Positions 46,501 through 55,800 of a stretch of 64,000 nt of DNA are shown one piece after another; positions within the stretch are counted from its first letter, which is position 1, and the number at the start of each line of letters is the position of its first letter. The position numbers were made by a program, and so were the translations under genes. Location: contig CAZMBY010000002.1 of assembly GCA_964564925.1 (NCBI GenBank), forward strand, positions 10,028 through 74,027, given 5' to 3'. Source of the DNA: an uncultured Methanosarcinales archaeon. GTDB taxonomy: Archaea > Nanobdellota > Nanobdellia > Woesearchaeales > GW2011-AR4. The notes under the pieces were generated by a model. The model was not told the origin of the DNA. It did not search any database and saw only the letters and a program-made list of their open reading frames with translations.

Positions 46501-47123
46501 GCATAGACATAGTGCCGCAGCTGCCGACAGGCATTGACGCCAAGTCAAGCGGTTTGGCTTCTTCCGAAACTGTGAACATTGCTGTGCGCACAAGCATTGG
46601 GGTCGCTTCAAGCACTTGCCCAGTGAAATTCTCAGTGATTAACACAAACTGCAATAAGGCAATATGCAATGCATGTGCCACATACGGATGCTTTGTTGAC
46701 AATGGATGCATTGACAAGGTAATCCCTGTGCTAAACAAAGGCACAACAGTCAGGACTTTAAGCATAGTTCCAGCAAGCATTCTGCTTCCATACACTGTTA
46801 AGTCTTACTTGCCTTTATCCTCTGGCTTTGTTATAACCCCGATTGACCCAAAAAATCAGCGCTTTGCGATAGATGGCTCGGGATTGGCTCAGAATTACCG
46901 CGACATAGGATTGATGGAATTGGATTTTGGAAGCCTTGGGACTGCGAGAGTTTGCACAGAACTAATCCGGGTCACATATGAAATTGGCGAAGGCTTGTAT
47001 GATCCGGAATCTGAGCTGTTGATTTCAGGCTCAAAGGCAGTTACAGGTTACTTTGAGAGCGATGGCGCAATTTTCAGCAAAGGGCCTTACATTTTCACAG
47101 CCAAAGTATGGTTACGAAGATGA
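43527..47123 (+). CDS. Giant secreted von Willebrand factor A (VWA) domain protein with tandem 224-aa repeats
   Basis: Signal peptide ...LVLTLESAIA. VWA MIDAS motifs MIVTDVSGSM (DxSxS), GSTNIGGAI and IILLTDGNA. Two 224-aa repeats follow, then a unique C-terminal region. Confidence 0.85.
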   Translation: MNAKNNQSKHRKVLRTSLLLLALVAFLVLTLESAIALDVTKFDTNQDKLTFIFPSGGESHPYSITLPNGTITKASMMIEGFDVEGKKATPADVMIVTDVSGSMKDDCDAGTIDEPDNEFETPCKINDAKNAAIGFLNQVVFSIIHVGLVSYSDWVNTIKDSVLTTDKNSLTALISKYKASGSTNIGGAIDLANIELTSARARSGARKYIILLTDGNAKCFIDTDGQKKCASGQSGLDQGAAFAKLKAQDSKNNNIIIYAISFGVDANRDLMKQIASITNGQEFFAPDASTLQTIYKQIAQEITVTEFPTPKIKSTAPISLAGWKHNTQYSGDYIWNDADCGGIGATCPDYRALLQQNLDKCTTYPCKISFSASSSTIGRLDLSDLLIHLNEPPVGNAPPLGSCRFEALPCVVDANNPAIVVNLDDGSMVADPDNANSQLDWKYTNSVKSPTGAFYTFSNNYNSTRKLPFFVDSNHLNGVFWETFFFSITDPPGATTSSCINLSYQGCGLLKVKNDKIGFDQSKSPYQYDLDALIEIHSTKNNDGKLSFEIQGLANGISDCFQFTAPDAASRTSITPLDLQANCTETIEVQVSDEVYASLGTHIANLTINYTYTNQPPKGNAPPLGQCRREAIKCPQTSKLINIDDKSMVNDPDNAPNELNWAFDFSIESQGGAFLGFNNNYNDTRQLTFSVDISHLNEIFWEAFFFNVSDPFAESTLACANITYEGCGILKVKNDFIQFNDTQQPFDYDLNSLIAAYNVAGNNGNLSIEILGLANGASNCFIFTVPDILGHTKITASNAKSNCTEVIKVQASDKVYPTLGTHIANLTINYIYAPPTLDIDDRTVSFTYSSFPGYKYNLSGMVSDLNFMPCQFQDVEFTLEISSNFLVDGPEPKMGIITIAPNNPDWTTGTSETIQVDASCSDGTNNYVDTARLTMVYTATDDPPNGKITCKSSIPSFLLPTDIFKNIPFTSIFDFSGNYGSINKLIEDSSSSIDIVPQLPTGIDAKSSGLASSETVNIAVRTSIGVASSTCPVKFSVINTNCNKAICNACATYGCFVDNGCIDKVIPVLNKGTTVRTLSIVPASILLPYTVKSYLPLSSGFVITPIDPKNQRFAIDGSGLAQNYRDIGLMELDFGSLGTARVCTELIRVTYEIGEGLYDPESELLISGSKAVTGYFESDGAIFSKGPYIFTAKVWLRR
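44694..46037 (+). repeat. Tandem in-frame duplication, 2 x 672 bp, inside the VWA gene
   Basis: Copy 1 (44694..45365) starts NEPPVGNAPPLGSCRFEALPC. Copy 2 (45366..46037) starts NQPPKGNAPPLGQCRREAIKC. Shared blocks: DPDNA..L.W, FWE.FFF..DP, Y.GCG.LKVKND, GTHIANLTINY. Confidence 0.85.
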
Positions 47124-47782
47124 ACAGAAAATCAATGTTTTTTTCATTGTCGGCGCTTGTATTGATTATCTTCCTTTTTATAATTTTCAGGACTAAGGGA
47201 GAAATAGCCAAGATTGATGAAGATTTTAATATCAACAGGGCGCAGGTCATAGTCATGGACCAATTTGTCAGGGATTTTGACAGGTACCACATACCGCAAA
47301 TACTTGAAACTTCTGCCAAACAGGCTCTGGTTAAGAGGACATCCAGGACCCCACTGCCATTTCCAAAAGATGAATTAGCGGATATAATGAAAGACGGAAA
47401 ATCCTCGAGCGGGACATTTCTGGAGCCTGCATTGACAACAGACGCAAACTTCGAGCAGGCCCTGGGCACCCTCACCTTTAAGCTTGTTAATGATGACAGG
47501 ACATTTGAGTACAGCCTTAGGTCAGTAAAGCAGCTTTCTTTTGATACGCTTCAGCTCAATTTCTCTGTCAGCTACAATCTGCAGGTAGCAGGCAACAAAT
47601 GGTTTGTGCAGGATAAAACATATTTAATCAACGTTAATGTATATTCAATGTGGCACCCTTCACATTCAAACGTAATTGATGATTTGTGGATTCCAAAAAC
47701 GGATGCCGGCTGCTATGCCGACTTGATCATATCAAATTCAGAACCGTGCAGCGGGCTTGATATAATGCCTTTACCTACCTAA
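47108..47782 (+). CDS. Minor pilin-like protein
   Basis: Overlaps the VWA gene end. (MVTK)MNRKS|MFFSLSALVLIIFLFIIF. Alternative start at 47120. Confidence 0.65.
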   Translation: MVTKMNRKSMFFSLSALVLIIFLFIIFRTKGEIAKIDEDFNINRAQVIVMDQFVRDFDRYHIPQILETSAKQALVKRTSRTPLPFPKDELADIMKDGKSSSGTFLEPALTTDANFEQALGTLTFKLVNDDRTFEYSLRSVKQLSFDTLQLNFSVSYNLQVAGNKWFVQDKTYLINVNVYSMWHPSHSNVIDDLWIPKTDAGCYADLIISNSEPCSGLDIMPLPT

Positions 47783-47877
47783 CAATGCCTAAACCGCAAA
47801 ATATATATAGACATTATAAACTTATAAAAATCAGATAATTGGCCAAATTATCACAAAAAAAAGAGGAGTAGATTAGT

Positions 47878-49755
47878 TTGACAAAGATAGACACGCTTTT
47901 CAGTATTATAGAGAGCAAGAAGAGGGTTCTCATTCTTGATTTAGCTAAAGATTTAGGCATGCCTGCTTCAAGCATAACCAGGATTGCAAGGTATTTGGAA
48001 CAGCTTGATCTGGTAGTAGTCGATTACAAAAACATCAAAGGGCCTGCGATTAAGTACCTAAAAAGCCCGGAACTGGGATTTGAGCATATTGATGAAACAG
48101 AAATCATCAACAAGCTTAAATTTTACAAAAGCCTTCAGGACATCAAGGCTGCAAACAAGCTAATCTATGATTTATACAGGTATCTCAAGAGAAGAGATGA
48201 TCCTGAAGTGAGGGCTGTTTATGAAAACGTGCATAAATATTACATCAGCAATTTCCTTAAGGATAAAGACAAGAAAGTCAAGGATATAATATCAAGGATA
48301 GACAGCTATAAGATTAAGATTGACAACATAGTTGTGGAAGTTGACATAATCAAGCAGGAGCTGGAGCCTGTCCCATTCTACATGGTCTTTCTCTTTAACA
48401 TAAGCGATATAACACGATTAGTGATTGAAAAAATAAAGGAGGAAGTAGTAAGCAAGATAACTTTCAATGTCGTCTATAAGACTCATGAGGAGGAAGCGAT
48501 GGTGAAGATAGAGTACAAGAGCAAACTCCTTGAGATAATGAAGGAGGTGTTTCCGGACATCCCGGAAGATACCCTGCATGTCTTCAGTGATTATATCATA
48601 TTGACAAGCTTAGGCATGGGCGACCTCGAAATATTGCTGCGCGACACTAACCTGGAAGAAATAGTGGTCAATAACGCTTATGAGCCAGTGTGGATATACC
48701 ATAAGAAATATGGATGGCTCGAAACAAATATAATTGTTGAGGACGAATCAAAAATTGTGCATTTTGCCACTTTGGCTGGAAGGAATGTCGACAAGACAAT
48801 CACAACATTAACCCCCCTTATGGACGGCCACCTCAGGTCAGGCGACAGGTTTAATGCAACCCTCAAGCCAGTATCATCAAAAGGAAACACAATCACGATA
48901 AGGAAGTTTGCAGAATTGCCATGGAGCATAACTGACTTGATTCTAAACAAGACAATTGATTACTATATAGCGGCATTGCTCTGGACTTCCATACAATACG
49001 AGCTTTCTATCTTATTTGTAGGCGGAACAGGCTCAGGCAAAACATCAACACTAAACGTATTCAGCATTTTTATACCTCCAAATCAGAGAGTGATTTCAAT
49101 TGAGGATACAAGAGAGCTGAAGCTGCCGACAACTTTGCATTGGGTTCCAATGGAGACAAGATTGGCGAATCCTGAGGGCAAAGGCGAGATTACAATGCTC
49201 GACCTCATAGTAAACTCCTTGAGGATGAGGCCGGACAGGATAATAGTCGGGGAAATACGAAGGAAAAAGGAAGCTGAAGTTCTCTTTGAGGCAATGCATA
49301 CCGGCCACTCTGTTTACGCAACATTGCACGCAAACACTGTGCATGAAGCGGTTGTGAGGCTGACCTCTGATCCCATCGGAATTCCAAAATCATTGCTTTC
49401 AGCTGTTGATTTGGTGATAGTTCAAAACCGCAACAGAAGAACCGGCAAGAGATACACATCACAGGTTGCTGAAATGCTGGAGGAAGGCAATTTTAACCTG
49501 CTGTTCAATTATGACATAAGATATGAAAAGCTCGTACCGGTTAAGAAGCTTGAGATGTTCTACAAGACTATGGAATTATACTCGGGATTGACAAAGGAGG
49601 AAGTAGATGCAGAGATAAATGACAAGATTAGGGTGCTTAAATACTTCACTGCCACCAACCTGACAAATAACGAAACTCTTGCCCTTTTAATCAGCTATTA
49701 CTATATCAACAAGAAATACATAATGAATCAGCTGTTTGGTGATAAAAATAAGTGA
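47878..49755 (+). CDS. Type II/IV secretion-family ATPase (FlaI/TadA-like) with ~130-aa N-terminal wHTH extension, pilus locus 2
   Basis: TTG start after an aagaggag SD. N-terminus LFSIIESKKRVLILDLAKDLGMPASSITRIARYLEQLDLVVVDY. Walker A GGTGSGKTSTLN, Walker B RPDRIIVGEIR, His box GHSVYATLHAN. Confidence 0.9.
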   Translation: MTKIDTLFSIIESKKRVLILDLAKDLGMPASSITRIARYLEQLDLVVVDYKNIKGPAIKYLKSPELGFEHIDETEIINKLKFYKSLQDIKAANKLIYDLYRYLKRRDDPEVRAVYENVHKYYISNFLKDKDKKVKDIISRIDSYKIKIDNIVVEVDIIKQELEPVPFYMVFLFNISDITRLVIEKIKEEVVSKITFNVVYKTHEEEAMVKIEYKSKLLEIMKEVFPDIPEDTLHVFSDYIILTSLGMGDLEILLRDTNLEEIVVNNAYEPVWIYHKKYGWLETNIIVEDESKIVHFATLAGRNVDKTITTLTPLMDGHLRSGDRFNATLKPVSSKGNTITIRKFAELPWSITDLILNKTIDYYIAALLWTSIQYELSILFVGGTGSGKTSTLNVFSIFIPPNQRVISIEDTRELKLPTTLHWVPMETRLANPEGKGEITMLDLIVNSLRMRPDRIIVGEIRRKKEAEVLFEAMHTGHSVYATLHANTVHEAVVRLTSDPIGIPKSLLSAVDLVIVQNRNRRTGKRYTSQVAEMLEEGNFNLLFNYDIRYEKLVPVKKLEMFYKTMELYSGLTKEEVDAEINDKIRVLKYFTATNLTNNETLALLISYYYINKKYIMNQLFGDKNK

Positions 49756-50563
49756 AGCATTTGAAGAGTTTTTTAATAAGATATTCCCTAAACTGAAGGA
49801 TGAGCTGAAAGCAGCTCAGATGCACAACACACTAGCCAATTTTGTAGTAAAATGCCTTGTCTTGGCTTTAATTTTTTCGCTTATTTTCTCAATTACCGCA
49901 TTTTTTATTTTGTCCAAGTCCAAGCTCCTTGTGCTCCTTGCGCCAATACTTATTTTTTTTTTGTTCACGATGTTTTTTGTTTTTCTGAGGATACCCAAAT
50001 ATAACATAAGGAGAGTAAGAAATGATATTGAAAACGACATCTTTGTCCCCAGCAGGATGCTGTTGACATTGCTGGAGTCGGGGAACTCAATTATCAGCGC
50101 GCTTGTCGACGTTTCTTATACAAAAGCAAAATCAAGCAAATATTTCGGGAATATAGCTTCTGAGATTTTTCTAGGCAAAAACATTGAGCAGGCAATCGAT
50201 GACGCCATCAGGTACACGCCAAGCGAGAGCTTCAGGCGAGTGCTGGAGCCGATAAAGAAGTCCCTGAAAACAGGAACAGACATCCAGAGAAACCTTTTGG
50301 TTACCCTGCAGGAAATGTCTCAGGAAAAAATCATTGAGATCGAAGACTATGAGAAAAAGCTTAGCCCGCTGTCAATGTTTTACATGATATTCGGGACAAT
50401 CATCCCTGTGCTTAGCGTTGTAGGCATTGTGGTCTTTGTGTCAATCATTGGGTTAAAGGCTGAATTTTTCCCTTTTTTCTTGATATTGCTGTTGGTAATC
50501 CTGATCATTCAGTACATATTTGTTGTATTGTATAGAAGCATACGGCCCTTGGTGAAATTATGA
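49736..50563 (+). CDS. T2SS-F/TadB-FlaJ-like platform membrane protein (half 1)
   Basis: Paralog of 19180..19998, with the same length and topology. LLESGNSIISALVDVS...GKNIEQAIDDA...LKTGTDIQRNL. Confidence 0.8.
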   Translation: MVIKISEAFEEFFNKIFPKLKDELKAAQMHNTLANFVVKCLVLALIFSLIFSITAFFILSKSKLLVLLAPILIFFLFTMFFVFLRIPKYNIRRVRNDIENDIFVPSRMLLTLLESGNSIISALVDVSYTKAKSSKYFGNIASEIFLGKNIEQAIDDAIRYTPSESFRRVLEPIKKSLKTGTDIQRNLLVTLQEMSQEKIIEIEDYEKKLSPLSMFYMIFGTIIPVLSVVGIVVFVSIIGLKAEFFPFFLILLLVILIIQYIFVVLYRSIRPLVKL

Positions 50564-51624
50564 TTGCGTTTTCACCAACAAGTAAGAAGGGCCCTAAAGG
50601 TCGCTTCAGGCTTTTTACAGAATTTGTTGGCGACTCAATAATACCGAAAAAATACAGGAAAAGCGTATCACACCATTTTCAAAAAGCAGGCATAAACATT
50701 GTGCCTTATTTTAAATTTGGCATTGGAGTTTATTTACTGGTAATATCATCGGCTCTTATTAACATCCTTTTCCTTAATCTAGCTTACTTCTCAAACGTAA
50801 CATGGATACTTAAATTGGTGATTTCCGTAATCTTGCTGCCTGCAATGTTCACTGTTTTGCTCTTCTTCGTGGTACATTTTTGCATTCTTTACCTCAATAT
50901 AAGGGTTTACTACAAAGTCCAGAAAATGGAGGATGTTTTTCCCGAATTCCTTTCAGAGCTATCACTAAACCTGAAGTCAGGGGAGAGCCTTGAGGCGGCA
51001 TTGGAAAACTCGCTTGAAAAAGAATTTGGCCCCCTGAAGGACGAAATAGAGAGAGTTTCAAAAAAAATTAAGCTAGGAGCTGATGTAGAAGTCGCTTTAA
51101 AAGAATTCACAAGCAGCTATAATTCTGACATGATAGAGGAGTGCTTCAATTTGATTGTGCTCAGCTGGAAGAAAGGAACGAACACACCGCCATTGATAGA
51201 CAGGTTGGTTGACAACATTGAAGAAAACCGCTTTTTGAAGAAAAAGATAATTGCCAGCTTTGGCAGCTATAGGATTTTCCTGTCGATAGTCACAGTTGTG
51301 ATAGCGCCTGCCATGTTTGCCATGGCTTTTTACCTTATAGACTTGGTGAGGACAATTATAAATAGGATCCTTGAGTCAACAGTAGGATTTAGGACACCAT
51401 TCACATTGAACCCGATACGGCTGAATGATACACACTACATCTGGTTCTCTGTAATGGCATTAACACTGATCTCCCTTTCAACTGCCATAATCATCTCTAT
51501 AATAAGGACAGGGACAGTGAAGCTTGGCTACAAGAATATGATTTTGTACCCAATCACCTCATTGATAAGCTTCAGGATTTTTATGTTCTTGTTCTCTATA
51601 TTCTTCTCCCTATTCAGGGTATAG
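50560..51624 (+). CDS. T2SS-F/TadC-FlaJ-like platform membrane protein (half 2)
   Basis: ATGA-type overlap with the upstream gene. Paralog of 20000..21034. FPEFLSELSLNLKSGESLEAAL. Confidence 0.8.
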   Translation: MIAFSPTSKKGPKGRFRLFTEFVGDSIIPKKYRKSVSHHFQKAGINIVPYFKFGIGVYLLVISSALINILFLNLAYFSNVTWILKLVISVILLPAMFTVLLFFVVHFCILYLNIRVYYKVQKMEDVFPEFLSELSLNLKSGESLEAALENSLEKEFGPLKDEIERVSKKIKLGADVEVALKEFTSSYNSDMIEECFNLIVLSWKKGTNTPPLIDRLVDNIEENRFLKKKIIASFGSYRIFLSIVTVVIAPAMFAMAFYLIDLVRTIINRILESTVGFRTPFTLNPIRLNDTHYIWFSVMALTLISLSTAIIISIIRTGTVKLGYKNMILYPITSLISFRIFMFLFSIFFSLFRV

Positions 51625-52821
51625 TCAGCTTTTGACAGTCATGTGATTTTTTACAAGAATCCTGAAAATAATTGGTGATATTATTGTTGTGATAAATGCC
51701 ACGGCTACAATAGCGGTGTAAACATTCAATTTTATTAGTGCGCTATTCAATGCCAGCGTTGCAATGACCAGCTCTGTGTCCCCTTTTGGAGTCAATCCCC
51801 ACCCGACAATAATCCCTTCATTGACGCTGCCCTTGCTAAGCATTACCCCAATTACTGTTCCTAAAATCGTTCCAAAAATGTCCGCAACCAATAAGATGAT
51901 GACGAGAAAAATATTGCCAGATATTCCTGTAAGATCTGTTGTAAGCCCCACATTGACAAAAAATATTGGGACCAAAAATCCAAATGAAATGACATGTATG
52001 GAATGCGACAGCGCATTTTTGCGCCAGGGCTTTATATGGTCTTTGGTTAAAAGCGTCTGCCTGACAAGGATTCCTGCAACCAAAGCTCCAATTAAAGAGC
52101 TTATGCCGAAGATTTCTGAAAGATAGGCCAAAGAAAGCACTATTATCAAGGCACCCATGAACAGTACCGCTTGCGACTTGTCCCTTTCGAATATTTTTAA
52201 AGTGATTGGTATCAGCGAAAGCCTGAATATCATGATAATGCCCACAAAAATCAATATGCCGCCAAAAAGCTTCTGAAGGCTTCCAGTGCCTGCAACATGA
52301 AAGACTACAAGGATAATGCTTATTGCCAGCAATTCAAAGACATCATCGACTGTTCCTGAAGTGGTTATCAGGCTTCCAATCTTGGACTTGAGCATGTTTA
52401 ATTCCTCAAGTATATTCAATGATATTGCCTGGGAACTCACAGCAATCGCTATTCCTATCACAAGAGAAGTTATATTGTCAAAATTAAAGATTGCCCTTCC
52501 AATTGTGAAGCCAAGAAACAAAGGAATTGCAGTATTAAAAATTGAGATTAAGGCTGATTCCTTGGCGTGGCTCCTGAACTGCCTGAAATTTATCTCCAAT
52601 CCGACAAAGAAGAAAAGCAGGATTATTCCTACGTTGGTTAAGAAGGAAAAAACATCCCTTACATTGCCTGTGAACAGCATGCTTTTCAATAGAGGCACAC
52701 CCAAAATGAATCCAGCGGATGTCTGGCCAATCACTCTCGGCAGCTTGAAGTATCTGGCAGTCTCGCCTAAGATGTATGCAAGAATCAAGGCTATTAGTGT
52801 CACTAAGAGCGGATTTGCCAT
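51625..52821 (-). CDS. Cation:proton antiporter (CPA2/Kef-type Na+/H+ exchanger family)
   Basis: About 12 TM helices. N-terminus LILAYILGETARYFKLPRVIGQTSAGFILGVPLL is typical of the Na_H_Exchanger family. A minus-strand TATA (52853..52846) lies 32 nt before the ATG. Confidence 0.85.
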   Translation of the reverse strand: MANPLLVTLIALILAYILGETARYFKLPRVIGQTSAGFILGVPLLKSMLFTGNVRDVFSFLTNVGIILLFFFVGLEINFRQFRSHAKESALISIFNTAIPLFLGFTIGRAIFNFDNITSLVIGIAIAVSSQAISLNILEELNMLKSKIGSLITTSGTVDDVFELLAISIILVVFHVAGTGSLQKLFGGILIFVGIIMIFRLSLIPITLKIFERDKSQAVLFMGALIIVLSLAYLSEIFGISSLIGALVAGILVRQTLLTKDHIKPWRKNALSHSIHVISFGFLVPIFFVNVGLTTDLTGISGNIFLVIILLVADIFGTILGTVIGVMLSKGSVNEGIIVGWGLTPKGDTELVIATLALNSALIKLNVYTAIVAVAFITTIISPIIFRILVKNHMTVKS

Positions 52822-52886
52822 TTTTGATAACTTTCAAATTATCAGTATTTATACTTTTCTAATCTGATTATTCTGCAAATATACAT

Positions 52887-55800
52887 TCATGTTTTTGCAG
52901 GCGCGAATAAGAAATATATAGACTGTGTGTTGATTTCAGCAGAAGCGACATTTTGGGTGTATACAGTAGATATGTTGGTTCCATTCCAAGCTGCTAATCC
53001 ATAAACTCTGCCGTTTGAGTCTGAAAACACCAAGCCAAAGCAGTCTGGCTCTGGGCATTCTGTTTTCTTAACTTGTCGTAATGTATTTGAAGCAAAGCTC
53101 GGAGTTGAAAATGCACTAGTTTTGAGATTATTTGTGCTCCAAGCTTGAGTAGTCTTATTATACAAACCATAATATAACCTAGTCTGTCCACTCCTTAACC
53201 ACCAGAATACTACAGTGTCCTGCACAATGTTGTCGTAACAGCCAACATATTCTATACTGTTGCTGCCACCAGACTCTGCACCAGTGTCAGGCAATGGGTA
53301 ACCAGACTCAGCTGTTCCATTAATATTCAATACAGCAGCCATTACCTTGTATACAGAGCCATTTCTCATCTCCCAAATCCCAAAAACATTGCTATTCCTA
53401 TTTTTCATAGTGCAAAGCTCTCCATCAACAGCAGCGCTTGTATTCTCTAATATTATTGAAGAAGACAACTTCCCATTTGTGTAATTAAAGCTGTTCAAAG
53501 AGTAATTGTAATAGTACATGAGCATAGTTGCGTTCCTGTCGTTAGTTCCAGATGTCATAGTCGAATTTGATATTGTAAGTATTCCGCCTTTGCCATCTGC
53601 TGTCCATGCAAAAGCTGCTCTTCTTGACCTCTCGTTCCCAAGCCCGGTTAAATTTGAATGAGGCGGTACAAAAGACATATTGAAGAACTGTTTTAGTCCT
53701 TCAAGCGTGGAGTTTGTTGAATTAATGATTACGACACCAACATTTAGTGGATTACTGTCCCTGTCAAATATTACAGCAGTTTCATTGCCACCGGGCCTTT
53801 GCTTAGCTATGAATTTTTGTCCGACTGATGAGCCATAGGGGTATTTGATTTCAACTTGGCCTGTAAAGCTTTTATTCAAATTATTGAACAAACGCAAGCC
53901 AAATCCTGAGTTGAATCCTTTTTCATAAACATAGATTGCGTTAGTGGAATTTTTATAAAACATAGCTCTGCACCTTGGCCCTCCGGTATTTGTGCTTGAG
54001 GCTCCTGTCATGTTTGATAATATGCTTGCATTAGTCGTATTCAAAACAACAACATGATCAATAGAAGTATGGTGACATATTATACCCACATCACTTACTT
54101 GGCTGTAATCTCCATAAAATTGTCTGTTGCTTTGACCTTCTCTTGTAAGATTAACGCCCAGCAATGTTGTAATCCCGCTCATTCCTGAAGAACTCCAATT
54201 CTGATAGAATGTTTTTGTGCCATTCTGCATGACAAACACTCCATTAAAATCTGTGGCTTGCTTTATTGAAGCATTAACAGAACTTCCATTTATCTCCACA
54301 GCAGCAGATTTTGAATCTGTATAAGTGCCATTTGTAACTGTAACGATTGGATTGAATGTTCCTGCACCTCCATAATCATGCTGTATAAAGATGAATATTG
54401 TTTCATTTGGAGCTAGATTGAACTTTTGGTTTGAGTTTAGTATTTGCCCATTTCCATCGTCCAAGGACCAGTTTATGCCGTTGATGTTAGTAGAGAGCAT
54501 GTTTTTAACTCGAACCTCTAAAATAACTTTAGTTCCATCTGTATTGAGATTGGCAAAGCTAGTGATTGACAGCTCATTAATTATGCTTGATTCATATGAT
54601 GCAGTCACTATAGTTGACTGGCTGATTCCTGTGGCGTTTACTTTTAAATCGTAAGTTCCAACAGCGCTGTAGTTGTATGCAGCATAGACAAAAGCCTTTT
54701 CATTCACAGCCAAGGAGCTTATGTTTTGAGTGCTGCTTATTACAGATTCTCCAGTGTCAAGCTGCCAATAGATGTCTGTAACTGCTGAATCACCATCATT
54801 TAAAATAATGAACTCAAAGATTTTGTATGTTCCGTTGCTGTAAAATGTTGATAAGTTTTCTATTGCTAAAGAGACAACACTTTCTTGAGTATTTTGGACA
54901 ATATTATTTGTTTCATCGCTTTCGTCAACCAAGTTGTCAAAATCTGCTATTGCCGTGAATAAAGAATTATTTGAGCTGTTTGTAACATTAAACTGATAGA
55001 TAATGTATTCACCAACATCCAAAAATGACAGGCTTCTGTTATTTGAGTATGTAACATTATCAAAAATGTCCAAGAAGACATTAAATGAAGGTGCCTGGCC
55101 TTTGTTAGAGACATTCACAGTAATATTTGTAACATTAGTTAAGGCATCATAAATTGCCTGCATGCTTATATTTAAATCCGGCAATGGCGGTCTTTCATAA
55201 TCTGTGTAGAAGCTTTGGTTTGTGGTATGGGCATTAAAAATAATATCCTTTGTTTCATTGCCAATAGCAAGCTTAACAAAGCTTATTACATATGGTCCAT
55301 TTACCTTAGTTTTATATATCTCTGAACCGTTAATCAAAGTTTGCATTATCTGATTTCCTATCGACAATGTTTGGGTTTTATTAACACTAACAACAAAATT
55401 ATCGAATTCGTCATACAAATCATAAGTTAAATTATAAGTGTCCGTAAAAGTCACATTTATAGTAAAATTAATTTCCAAGAATTCTGACAAATTATTTGTA
55501 TTTGTATCTATTTTTTCATCTTTTATAGATTTTATATAAGAGGTCTTAGCAAAGTTTTCATAATCATAAACTGAGGTGTTTTGATTGAAGTCAAATATTT
55601 TGTTTCCAATTATGACTGAATCAATGGTGAAATTTCCTGTATAATGAGTGCTTTTTATAGTTTCGTTATCGAAATTAATCGAGATTGTTTGAATATCAGT
55701 ATTTAGGACTTTTTCTTCAGTTTTTGAGATTGTGGATGAATTGTAGGCTAGAGTTACAGTTACGTTTGAAGTTATTGCCTGAGTTGAGTTGATTGTTAGA

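Noticed and set aside
51764-52867. Plus-strand ORFs 51764..52126 and 52316..52867 opposite the antiporter gene.
   Set aside because: They are shadow ORFs of a well-supported 12-TM CPA2 gene, with no independent signals.
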